Source: Macrostomum lignano (Eukaryota). From it: a stretch of DNA of 64,000 bases. Position 1 is the stretch's first letter; each line of letters begins with the position of its first letter. The DNA lies in the NCBI GenBank assembly GCA_002269645.1, contig NIVC01001396.1, positions 233,100-297,099 of the forward strand, written 5' to 3'. Positions 46,261-57,504 of this stretch are shown piece after piece. The position numbers and the translations under genes were made by a program. A model generated the notes under the pieces. That model was given only the letters and a program-made list of their open reading frames with translations, searched no databases and was not told the DNA's origin.

Positions 46261-46599
46261 GATAGAGATCAAGTACTAAGAGATCAATTGAGAAGCAGAT
46301 TGGAAAAAGCAGAGAAAAAGGTGAATTCAAAGTGAGCAATGCACTCATACTGCAGATCGAATAGCTGTCAGGGCGTGGTCGGCACAGACTGCCGGTCAAT
46401 GGACAGCTGAGTAAAGAGAGTCTTGGGAAATCACTGACGACATAAAAGGCATTATTCCAGATTTACAAAGGATACGGGAGAATCAGTATGTTGCCTTGGC
46501 GTTCGTGTGTGCTTTCCCAATTCAATGCAAGCGGTATTGTGATTGCGCCTCAAGATAAATTGAGTCAGGCCCTAAAATGAGTGCTTGAGTTAGGCGCCA

Positions 46600-47025
46600 A
46601 AATGGGTGTTTAGGTGAGGCGCTAAATTAAAATGAGTGATTGATTGAGGCGCTAAATTCGGTGATTGAGTACAGCGCTAAAATTAGTGATGCGCCAAAAT
46701 GAATGACTGATTGAAGCGCCAAACTGAGAGGTTGAGGCGCCAAAATGAATGACTGATTGAAGCGCCAAACTGAGAGGTTGAGGCGCCAAAATGAATGACT
46801 GATTGAAGCGCCAAACTGAGAGGTTGAGGCGCCAAAATGAATGACTGATTGAAGCGCCAAACTGAGAGGTTGAGGCGCCAAAATGAATGACTGATTGAAG
46901 CGCCAAACTGAAAGGTTGAGGCGCCAAAATGAATGACTGATTGAAGCGCCAAACTGAGAGGTTGAGGCACCAAAATGAATGATTGATTGAAGCGCCAAAC
47001 TGAGAGGTTGAGGCGCTAAAATGAA
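46600..47025. repeat. 46 bp dimeric minisatellite (GAGGCGCCAAAATGAATGACTGATTGAAGCGCCAAACTGAGAGGTT)
   Basis: Unit made of two ~23-nt subunits, each with a GCGCCAAA core. Confidence 0.93.
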
Positions 47026-47559
47026 TGAAAATTCCAAAAACAACCACAAGTGCACCACAGCTCACAAAGGACACAAGTTGAGTGCAGAAACCGGCTTCCA
47101 AAAGGGATCGGATTAAAAAGCACTCAGCTGGAGGGGGGGTAATTCATTAGAATTGTAATCATAATTCGGAATCATGCGTGATAAATCATTCTTCAGCTCG
47201 ATGTGCGGAACGCATGGGCGGGGCACTTCTTGATCCTTATTGACCAAAATTCATCTCTCATTTTGAAGTAGCGCGCAAGCTGCTCCAGTGCTGATATGCT
47301 AATCGGCTTGGGGCTTGAGCTGTAAAAGTACATGCAAGCCCAGCAGATGCGATATTCTAGCGACCCTAGCAACCAGACGTGATACTATAGCGACCCTATA
47401 CAAATATCATATCTGTAAGATTTCACTCACCTTATCAACACAGAGATGAGTTACATGCAGTCTGGTGCTCCGTTGTTTAAAAACGAAAGATATGGTTTTA
47501 ACTTGAGTACTCATGTATGGCAAAACTGCACCAATGGCTGAGCCGAAGCAACTGGATTT

Positions 47560-48266
<707 letters not shown>

Positions 48267-48859
48267 TTTTACCTATGATCAAGCACAAACGAGTAAGTAT
48301 TTACCGTTATTCAATCGCCTTCCAATTCCCTAGAACTTCAAAGCCGCCGCTCAGAGCATTGCTGAGAAGTCAGCTCTATACTCAGTATTGACTCAGCCTT
48401 ATAACTCCCCAGCTGGTTGCCCTTGGCAACTGGGATGCGAAACTTTTCCAAGCGACCAACCGTCTCAACTTCTTTCTTCTTCTCCCTTTCCTAGTGGGCC
48501 GGCGTGAGGAGCCATTGCTGTTTGCTAAATTGCAAGGCAGAGCCAAGTAAGACCCAGCCCAGCAGGTGTATAATGTTATATTTATACTACTTAGAGCGTA
48601 GCGCAAGTCAATCAATGCTTGTAGAATCCGATGCTATTTTTAGAAACCAATTTTGGATTTCACCTCCGCCAAGCAGAGCGAGTTGGTCAATGATGGCCTC
48701 TAATTAAGCTGTAAAAAAGGTACCTAGAAAATATAGCCCTTTTCAAAGTAGCGAGAGCACTAGTGAAATCTCTATTTTTGATCATAAACTGCGACTCACG
48801 CCTTAAAGTGGAATCAGTTTAACTTCATCTTTAACGGAATAGCAAGAAAAAATGATATT

Positions 48860-49715
48860 GAAGATGGGAGTGATAAAAAGGAGTGACAATGAGGAGAGTG
48901 ACACTGAGTAGAGTTCCAATAATGAGAGTGACACTGAGTAAAGTGACACTGAGTAGTGTGACAGTGAGTGACACTGAGAAGAGTCTCACTGAGTAGAGTT
49001 ACACTGAGTAGAGTGACATTGAGTAGAGTGACAGAAAATAGAGTGGCAATAAGGAGTGACACTGAGTAGAGTGACAATGAGTAGAGTGACAGAGAGTAGA
49101 GCGACACTGAGTAGAGTGACAGAGAGTAGAGTGGCAATAAGGAGAGTGACACTGAGTAGAGTGACAGAGAGTAGAGTGGCAATAAGGAGTGACACTGAGT
49201 AGATTGACAATGAGTAGAGTGACAGAGAGTAGAGTGGCAATAAGGAGAGTGACACTGAGTAGAGCGACAGAGAGTAGAGTGGCAATAAAGAGAGTGACAC
49301 TGAGTAGAGTGACAATGAGTAGAGTGACAGAGAGTAGAGTGACAGAGAGTAGAGTGACAGAGAGTAGAGTGACACTGAGTAGAGTGACAGAGAGTAGAGT
49401 GGCAATGAGGTGAGTGACAATGAGTAGAATGACACTGAGTAGAGTGGAAATAAGGAGAGTGACACTTAGTAGAGTGACAATGAGGAGAGTGACAGTGAGT
49501 GACACTGAGAAGAGTCTCGCTGAGTAGAGTGACAGAGAGTAGAGTGGCAATGAGGAGAGTGATACTGAGTAGAGTGGCAATGAGGAGAGTGACACTGAGT
49601 AGAGTGGCAGGGAGTAGAGTGACACTGAGTAGAGTGACAGAGAGTAGAGTGGCAATGAGGTGAGTGACACTGAGTAGAGTGGCAGGGAGTAGAGTGGCAA
49701 TGAGGAGTGGCAGTA
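48860..49715. repeat. 15-20 bp minisatellite (AGTAGAGTGACACTG family)
   Basis: Tandem degenerate units. Confidence 0.9.
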
Positions 49716-50039
49716 AGAGACGAGACGATTTACATGGTCCCACATAGGCAAATCAATTTTTCCGAGTATGCAAAAGCCATCAATCATTTGAAAATTTGCA
49801 AATGCAAAAAACAGCACGATTTGAGGCCTGATTGATAACTGGCTACTCATCCACAATAATGGGGACACCTATCAAGACTATAATACTGAGTGTCAGTTCC
49901 AATTAGCAGCTCAATATTCATACATCTGATAGGTGCTAAGGTTTAAATTGTACAAGTACATGAACGGCTTCCAACTAAAAAATAGTTTAAATTTTCTCTG
50001 GTGAACTAATCTGTACTATAGTTGATATATATAATTGCT

Positions 50040-50580
50040 AAGTGGACACAACAGTCCACAGGTGGACACACACTGCAACTAAATGAACACACAATGCCTC
50101 TAGTGGACACTCGATGTCTCTAAGTGGACACACAATGTCTCTAAGTGGACACACACAGCTTTTAAGTGAACACACAATGTCTAAGTTGACACACACTAGA
50201 TGGACACAAACTGCATCTAAGTGGACACACGCTGCATTTAAGTGGACACACGCTGCATCTAAGTGGACACACACTGCCTTTAAGTGGACACACACTGCCT
50301 TTAAGTGGACACACACAGCTTTTAAGTGGACACACAATGTCTAAGTGGACACACACTAGATGGACGCAAACTGCCTCTAAGTGAACACACACTGCCTCTG
50401 AGTGGACACACACTGCCTCTAAGTGGACACACGCCGCATTTAAGTGGACACACGCTGCATTTAAGTGGACACAATGCATCTAAGCGGACACACGCTGCAT
50501 CTAAATAGACACACACGGCCTCTAAGTGGACACACACTGCTTCTAAGTAGACACACATTACCTCCAAGTGGACACACTAT
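50040..50580. repeat. ~21 bp minisatellite (AAGTGGACACACACTGCCTCT)
   Basis: Tandem degenerate units. Confidence 0.9.
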
Positions 50581-50996
50581 TCCTTGAAGTCGAGACACAG
50601 GGTATTCATTCAATGAAAGAATCTTTGCTCACAAACCAAAAACAACAGAATCTTTGCTAAAGAAACAACAGAAACTTGATACAATTGCGCAGCTGAGGGT
50701 CATCCATTTATTCTTGGCAGTCATTTAGAATGATTAATAATGATTTCCCTAGGACAATGTGGAAATAGAAAAGCAGACATGAGGAAGCAACGCTCTATAG
50801 GGGCCTACATGCATATGATGTATGGGGATATAAAAAACACAGACTAAATCGACTCTTACTTAATCTTTTGTGTTCGACAAAGAGTAGTCAAAGATGAAAT
50901 TGATCAGAAATTGCTTTTTTTCCTAATTCCTTAGTGGGATCGGTTCACTGTTCATATCTAATATGACAGCAGTTATGTAATTTAAGGTCTAATTAT

Positions 50997-51285
50997 GCAC
51001 GCGAAGGTGTATTCAGCACGCCAGTGAAGTATGAGACAGACCAGGCCTAAGGGCTACGGTCTGCGATGCTTCACGCCTGCCCCTATATTCAGCAGGTCAA
51101 GGCTGGAGAGGGAGGTCTGCACCCGCTATTTGCCACTGGCAGCCGCAGACCCCCCCCCTCACGCTGTTTCACAAGTCGACCCAGGGTACTCGTCCCCGCG
51201 TGTGTTCAAGGCAGACCCTAGGGCTGCTGGACAGACTGGGCTCCGACGCTGGCGACCCATCCAGTGGCTTCGGCCGAATTTGGGT
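50997..51285 (+). ncRNA. Candidate HDV-like self-cleaving ribozyme at the retrotransposon 5' end
   Basis: P1 GCACGCG (50997-51003) with CGCGUGU (51197-51203), G1-U wobble; P2 ACCCA (51179-83) with UGGGU (51281-85); P3 GGG/CCC; L3 UACUCGU; P1.1 AC/GU; CGAA at 51275-78. Manual fold only. Confidence 0.72.
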
Positions 51286-51468
51286 ATGCGGGTCTGGCTT
51301 GCCAGCCTGCAGGCCGTGGTACTGCTTAACGTACCCCCTAATGCCTAAGGTGTTTGACCGTGCCGATGGGCTGGAAGGCCGGGGGGTTGTCCGGTCGCTA
51401 GCGGTCCTTTTCTTTTTCTTCTTTCCTCTTTCTTTTGTGACTCAGCTCACTCCTTCCCGCTTTCAGCT

Positions 51469-52933
51469 ATGGCGTCATCCGCCTCTTTAACCCCCGCTGA
51501 AGCCGGGGCCCCGGCAACTCCGGCCGGTGACTCTGGCACCAGCGCCGCCCCACCGGGGGCAGATGGGCTTGCCGCCGGCTCGGCTGGTGACATGCCCGCA
51601 CGCGCAACCGGGCCCTCCGCTGAAGCCCGACGCACCCGCAACCAACGCCGCAACGAGCGGCGACGGCGACTACGGGTACTGCGGGCCGGCCACCGGCGGA
51701 AGGGGAACCTAGGGAGGGCGAGGCTGCTGTTGGGCCGAAAGGAACCACAGCAACCCCTGCCCCCAGGATACAACCCCCGCTGGTGAGCCACCCAGTATAC
51801 CTGCTACAAGCGCGGCCGGGCCTTCGGGAACCGCCGCCACCAACTACGCCTCAAAGGTCAAGCTCCAACCGGCGGTCATCGTCTTCGGGGAAGAGCAGGA
51901 CCTCACGGCCGACGAGCTCGACAGTGCCTGGCGCACCATCGATGCTGCGCTCATCGACCAGCTCCTGGCGGGCCGCCCTGTGAGCGTGGTCAAGTCTGCC
52001 AAGACCGACGGCTGCATCTTCATCTGGTGCAGCTCGGAGGAGAGCAGCCGCAATCTACGCGAGCTTCTGCCAAAGCTGAACTGGCCCAAGAAGCTCGGCA
52101 AGCTCGTCTTCGCCAGCGAGGGCGAACGACAGAAGACCCAGCGCTTTCGCGTCTGGATCCCGGCCGGCAGTGCCATTAAGTCCGGAGATCAGCTTAGGCA
52201 AATATTGCTAAAGCTGCACCCCGACCTTAAGGTCAACGGGCTCCTACACCACGCCACTTCCCGCAAGGAGAAGGGGGCTACGGTGATCCTAGGGCTCTCT
52301 GATGACTGGGCTAAGCGCTTGCCGCCTAAGTCCACAATTCATATTGGTCTGACTCAGCTGACCATCCTCCGTTGCGAGGAGCGGAAAGCTGATGAAGCCA
52401 AGAATGCCAAAGCTTCCGAAACCGGAACTGGGGCCCAGGCTCCTCCGGCAAAGAAGCCGAGGCAAACGGCCGATCCTATGCCCGGTAAGGCAGTTCGCGC
52501 TGCTGAAACCGGAAATCGCAATCGCAGACCCGCCAGGAGCACCCGGAGGTCCGGCCTGATCCAGCGCGCGCTGGACCAGGCCAAGAACCTTCGTGCGCAT
52601 CGTGAGCGGGCCCGCGCTTCTCGCGCTCCACCCCAACAGCCAGAAGGCCAGACTCTAAGCGGGGAGGCTCCGACCGACTGGTTCGAGTCTGTGACTCACC
52701 AGGAGGCTGGCGCCACCCGCATCGACCTGACCGACGAGGCAGAGGGGACGGGCAGTGACAGCACCGAAGCACGCAGGAGAGGCGACGGTAACGTCCACGC
52801 TGGGCTCACGTCCGCGGAGGACTCCACAGCCACCCTAACTGCTGAGGACGCTGAAACTCCCATGGAGGTCTGCGGGTCACCCACCACTGAAAAGGAGGAG
52901 GATGACCTGCTCAACGATTCCCCAACTGCGTGA
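51469..52933 (+). CDS. Retrotransposon ORF1 (gag-like), split by a single +1 frameshift near 51754-51778
   Basis: ATG ORF 51469-51786 overlaps an open second frame 51713-52933. Removing one base from a C run (e.g. 51760-51764) gives 487 aa including NYASKVK...IVFGEEQDL...DGCIFIWCSSEES. No CCHC knuckle seen. Confidence 0.7.
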
Positions 52934-52935
52934 TA

Positions 52936-55900
52936 ATGATCAGCAACCAGGGAATCCATTGCCTGCAGATTAATCTGCAGCACTGCGTCGCAGCCTCGGT
53001 CAACCTTATGCGTTACGCCGAGCTCGACAAGCCGGGGCTCATCCTCGTCCAGGAACCCTGGACTCTCAGAGGTAAGCCTCAAAACGCCCCTGCTGGCTAC
53101 AATTGTTTTTATACTTACCCTCGCGAGGCCAACCAGCCTCCCAGAGCTTGCATCTTTGCGAGCAAAACGCTCAGTGCGTGGCTCAGATCGGACCTGTCCA
53201 ACAGGGACATCTGCGTCATCCAATCCGAGGACCTTCTTCCTGGGAAGACCACCCTCATTGCCTCGGTTTACCTACCAGGCGATGCTGCGGTCGTCCCCAG
53301 AGCCCTCGCTACGCTGGTAGAGCTCTGCTCTGCCAAAAACTACGAGCTCATGGTTGCCGGCGACATCAACGCCCACCACACTCACTGGGGCAGCACTGGC
53401 ATTAATCAGAGAGGCGAAGACCTCCTAGCCTACGTTGCCTCTACGACCCTCGAGTTCTGCAACTCTGGGTCCACCCCTACCTTTGACAACGGACGGTGGT
53501 CGGAGGTGATCGACGCTACGCTCGCAACGCCCAGACTCTACCAGAGTATTGGGGCGTGGCGGGTGCTTCCAGTGTCCTCACTATCGGATCACAAGTTCAT
53601 CTCCTTCAACCTAATGGCCGCGCGTAGCGCAACTCGTGTTATGTGGAGACGGAACGCCAGAAATACGGATTGGGAAACCTTCGGGCTCGCCCTGAAGGAA
53701 TTCCATCGGTCTCCTGGCCAACCATCCACGATCACGTCGTGCCGAGAGGCGGATGAGTGCGCGACTGTTTTGACAGAGACGCTAACCGCCGCCTTTGAGG
53801 CGTCCTGCCCTTTAAAAGCCTATAAAGGGAAAAAATCGGCGCCGTGGTGGAATCCCGAGCTCGGCAACCTCCGTCGCAGGGCTAAGAGACTCCACCGCAG
53901 AGCAACTAAAACTAAGAGCCCTGCAGACCAAACCGCCTATCATGAAGCAATTCATGAGTTTAAAAGGCAGGTTAGGAATGCAAAGGCTCAAAAATGGCGA
54001 CAATACTGTGAGGAGCTAGAGGGCTCACGCCCCACCTCCAGAGTTGTGAAAGCGCTCACGCTGGACAAAATGTCTAAGCTCTCCTCGGTCAAACGCACCG
54101 ACGGTACGTCCACGGACAACCCAGGGGAAACGCTTGATGTAATGCTCACTGCGTTTTTCCCTAACGAGCCAGCTAACCAGACCACTCCGGATCACTCGGA
54201 GGGAGGTCACGCGCTGGCTGCATCTATCATCACGGAGGACCGCATTGTGAGAGCGGCAAATTCCTTCAAGCCTTTCAAAGCCCCAGGACCCGACGGCATT
54301 GTACCGGCCCTTCTAAGAGAGGCGGTTAAATGCCCAGGCTTCCTGCGCAAACTTTGCAGCCTTCTTCGGGCATGCATCACGCTTGGTTATGTCCCGCAGG
54401 CATGGACCGAGGCAAAGGTGATCTTTATCCCTAAGCCAGGCCGCCCGGACTACCATTCTATCAAATCCTTCAGACCGATCAGCTTGACCTCCTCCCTGGT
54501 CAAGCTGATGGAGAGACTGGTGCTTTGGCGCCTTCTCTCTGTTGAGCTGAAGAACAAACCTCTCAGCGAGAACCAGCACGCTTTTCGGGCGGGTCGCTCC
54601 ACTGAAAGCGCGCTGCACGTCCTGGTCGATAAACTCGAGAAGGCCGTGCTTGGTAGTGGCTTTGCTCTGGGGATCTTCCTGGACATCATTGGCGCCTTCG
54701 ATAACGTCCTCTTTGAGGCGTTCCGAAGAGCTCTTTGTGAGAGGCTAACGCACTCACATCTCACCAGATGGATCATGTACATGATCAGCCATCGCACGGC
54801 CACCGCCAGTCTGCTGGGCTACCAGAGGACGGTCCCCGTCTGCAAAGGTAGCCCGCAAGGTGGGGTGCTGTCTCCAGTTCTCTGGAATATGGTCATCGAT
54901 GAGCTCCTCCGGGATGTTCGGCCTGACCCCATTCTGAAAGTTGGATATGCGGACGATGTCACCGCGGTGGCATCTGGTCCGTCCCCTGATACCCTCAGGG
55001 ACCTTCTTCAGAACTTCATCTACGCTGCTGAGCAATGGGCGGACCGCTGTGGTTTAAGGCTCTCTGAGACTAAGACCGCAGCGATCATGTTCACCAGCAG
55101 GACCAAGTGGCAGATTCGGCCGCTCACGCTTTACGGAAGGGAAATCCCCTTCTGCAAGCAGACTAAATGTCTGGGTATTACCCTGGACCACAGGCTGAAC
55201 TGGTCTCCCCACGTTCAAACAAAAGCCAAAAAGGCCTTCGCAGTCCTCGCGCAATTGCGCAGGGCCGTCGGCACCACCTGGGGGCTCACCCCCAAGCGCC
55301 TCTGGTGGATCTACACTGCAATGGTTAGGCCCGCTATCTCGTATGGCGGCCTGATCTGGGCTAGCGCCCTGCAGATAAAGACCTGTCTAGAGGCTCTCAG
55401 GAGAGCGCAAGGGCGCGCTTGTCGCACGATCATGAGCGCCCCTCCGTCTGCTCCTTACGATGGCCTCAACGCCTTCCTCAACATTCCTCCGCTGGACATC
55501 TTTGTCCGCAGGGAAGCGGCTAAGACTGCCCGCCGTCTAGCTGACGCTGGCATTCGAATCCAGCCCCATAGGGCCATGGCTAAGCGCAAGCTTCTGCCCC
55601 ACGCTGACCTCTGCCTCAAGGACTTGAGAGACAGCGGCGGGCTCCACGTCCTATCTGACGGCGAACCCCGCACTCTCAACCTCTTTCAGCGCTACAAGGT
55701 CACCATCCCCTCTAGGGATGCTGCCAATGACCACTGGAATTTCCAGGAGGTCCATTGCTACACGGACGGATCCATCAAAGACGGTCGCGCCGGCTTTGGG
55801 GTCTGCATCATCATCAACGGCCGCGTAATTGCCACGCATGCCCAGCACACTGGTAGACTCTCCACAGTCTTCCAGAACGAAGTCCTTGCCATCAGCTCTT

Positions 55901-56640
55901 GCGCTGCAGAGCTAAACGCCAAGGTTACGAGAGGAAAGACTATTGTCATCCACTCCGACAGCCAAGCGGCCTTACAGGCCCTTTGCCACACCACAACGAA
56001 CTCCCGGACAGTCGCCGACTGCGCCCGGCAGCTCAACCTCCTGGCCAGAAGCAATACTGTCAGGCTGAAGTGGATCCCAGGGCACGCAGGGTTTCCGGGG
56101 AACGAGCTGGCAGACACCCTCGCCAAGAGGGGCGGCTCTGGCTCTTTTTTCGGCCCTGCCCCCCTGGTCCCTATGCCCTTGACAGTCATCAATCGTCAGA
56201 TCGACGACTGGGCTGACTCCCTCCACAGGGACAGATGGGCGGGCACCCAAAACTGCCGGCAATCTCGTGCCGCGGTTCCTTGCCCGTCTCACAGGCTCAG
56301 AAACATCCTTCTGAACCAGAATCGGAAGGATATTCGAGCCCTTGTCATGACCCTTACCGGCCATGGCTACCTCGCCAGGCACTGCTTCCTCCGAGGCGAC
56401 CTCGAGAGCGAAATTTGCCCCTTTTGCGAGTGCGACAATGAAGATGCTCAGCACTTTGTCTGTCACTGCCCTTTCTTTAACAGAGACCGGCTACGCTACC
56501 TCGGGCCGAACCCGTCCATTGACGAGGTTTGCCAGCCCGACAGCATCCCACGGCTCATCCAGTTCCTTCGGGCGACTAGACGAGCCAGTTTCTTCCCAAC
56601 GGAAGATCACGCTGCAGGACGGACCGGCGGACCACCCTGA
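52936..56640 (+). CDS. Retrotransposon ORF2: AP endonuclease, reverse transcriptase, RNase H, CCHC finger (1234 aa)
   Basis: QINLQHC, LVQEPW, AGDINAHH, SDH (APE); KAPGPDG, FRPISL, PQGGVLSP, YADD (RT); YTDGS, SDSQAAL, WIPGHAGFPGNELAD (RNase H); C-x2-C-x8-H-x4-C. No stops or frameshifts. ATG at 52936 (the track starts at an upstream GTG). Confidence 0.95.
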   Translation: MISNQGIHCLQINLQHCVAASVNLMRYAELDKPGLILVQEPWTLRGKPQNAPAGYNCFYTYPREANQPPRACIFASKTLSAWLRSDLSNRDICVIQSEDLLPGKTTLIASVYLPGDAAVVPRALATLVELCSAKNYELMVAGDINAHHTHWGSTGINQRGEDLLAYVASTTLEFCNSGSTPTFDNGRWSEVIDATLATPRLYQSIGAWRVLPVSSLSDHKFISFNLMAARSATRVMWRRNARNTDWETFGLALKEFHRSPGQPSTITSCREADECATVLTETLTAAFEASCPLKAYKGKKSAPWWNPELGNLRRRAKRLHRRATKTKSPADQTAYHEAIHEFKRQVRNAKAQKWRQYCEELEGSRPTSRVVKALTLDKMSKLSSVKRTDGTSTDNPGETLDVMLTAFFPNEPANQTTPDHSEGGHALAASIITEDRIVRAANSFKPFKAPGPDGIVPALLREAVKCPGFLRKLCSLLRACITLGYVPQAWTEAKVIFIPKPGRPDYHSIKSFRPISLTSSLVKLMERLVLWRLLSVELKNKPLSENQHAFRAGRSTESALHVLVDKLEKAVLGSGFALGIFLDIIGAFDNVLFEAFRRALCERLTHSHLTRWIMYMISHRTATASLLGYQRTVPVCKGSPQGGVLSPVLWNMVIDELLRDVRPDPILKVGYADDVTAVASGPSPDTLRDLLQNFIYAAEQWADRCGLRLSETKTAAIMFTSRTKWQIRPLTLYGREIPFCKQTKCLGITLDHRLNWSPHVQTKAKKAFAVLAQLRRAVGTTWGLTPKRLWWIYTAMVRPAISYGGLIWASALQIKTCLEALRRAQGRACRTIMSAPPSAPYDGLNAFLNIPPLDIFVRREAAKTARRLADAGIRIQPHRAMAKRKLLPHADLCLKDLRDSGGLHVLSDGEPRTLNLFQRYKVTIPSRDAANDHWNFQEVHCYTDGSIKDGRAGFGVCIIINGRVIATHAQHTGRLSTVFQNEVLAISSCAAELNAKVTRGKTIVIHSDSQAALQALCHTTTNSRTVADCARQLNLLARSNTVRLKWIPGHAGFPGNELADTLAKRGGSGSFFGPAPLVPMPLTVINRQIDDWADSLHRDRWAGTQNCRQSRAAVPCPSHRLRNILLNQNRKDIRALVMTLTGHGYLARHCFLRGDLESEICPFCECDNEDAQHFVCHCPFFNRDRLRYLGPNPSIDEVCQPDSIPRLIQFLRATRRASFFPTEDHAAGRTGGPP

Positions 56641-56884
56641 CCGGCCCCACGCCTCTGCCTGTCTGCGGGCCTTCAGGGGCTAGCGGAATGGGCGACCCTC
56701 GCCTCCCCGCTGTGTCTACGGACCACCCTGCAGCTAAGTCAAGTCAAGGTCTAATTATAGCTGACATTGCTTTGCTCTTTGAGCGAGCTTTGTTCAAGGC
56801 TATTCTATTGCTATTCTGAATTAGCAGTGGGGACTGGCATTATCTCCGCTCCTAGCTCTCTGTATGCATTGTTCATGTACTGTC

Positions 56885-57185
56885 CTCTCCCCTCTCTTCT
56901 CTCAGCTCCCCCATCTTCTCCCTCCCCTCTCCTCTCTCCATCTCTTCTCTATTCTCTCCTCTCCCCTCTCCACTCTCCGCTCTCCACTCTCTCTTCTCCG
57001 CTCTCTCCTCTCCGCTCTCCCCTCTCCACTCTCCCCATCCTCTCTCTTCCTTCTCCTCTCTTCCATCTTCTCTCCTCCATCTCCTCTCCCCATCTTATCT
57101 CTCCCCCTTCTTCTTCCTCATGTCCTCTCTCCCCTCTCTTCTCCTCCCTATCTTCTTCACTCCCCCCTCCTCTCCCCCTTTCACC
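56885..57185. repeat. CT-rich low-complexity tract
   Basis: Polypyrimidine composition. Confidence 0.85.
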
Positions 57186-57504
57186 TTTTTAAAGTGCAAC
57201 CTCCTTTTCTCCTTTCTGTATCTCTTGCTATATTAGTGTTTATATTCTTGTTGACATTCACTAATCTGAAACACACCATACGCAACATGTCGTTAGGGAG
57301 CTACTCTTTGTCATCTTTTTACTAGTTCACTACTTGAAATTGGTTTACAATGCAATATTTGCGTATTTCTTTCAAATTCAAATTTGCTTCGTTTATTACT
57401 TTCAAGTATCAAAACAAGAGAATCATTGTTAAAATGGCATTTTTAGAAAAATATGAGTCACTACAACTCTCACACAAAATACTACAGAACACAGAAACTA
57501 TGAG

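Larger units (their letters stand above)
50997..56745 (+). mobile_element. Full-length non-LTR retrotransposon, LOA/R1 (I-group) type with RNase H
   Basis: 13-bp TSD AAGGTCTAATTAT at 50984-50996 and 56746-56758; ~470-nt 5' UTR; ORF1; intact ORF2; short 3' UTR with stem-loop (56682-56711) and (AAGTC)n tail. Confidence 0.93.

Noticed and set aside
47425-47470. Minus-strand donor-like GTGAGT suggesting an upstream DEGS UTR exon
   Set aside because: No supportable acceptor or coding frame; needs transcript data.
50975-50996. TTAAGGT at the LINE insertion site resembling the R2 28S rDNA target
   Set aside because: Only 6-7 nt match, the flanks are not rDNA, and the element encodes an APE rather than a restriction-like endonuclease.
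56641-56745. LINE 3' end as the partner of the SINE family
   Set aside because: No visible similarity between the LINE 3' UTR/(AAGTC)n tail and the SINE 3' end.
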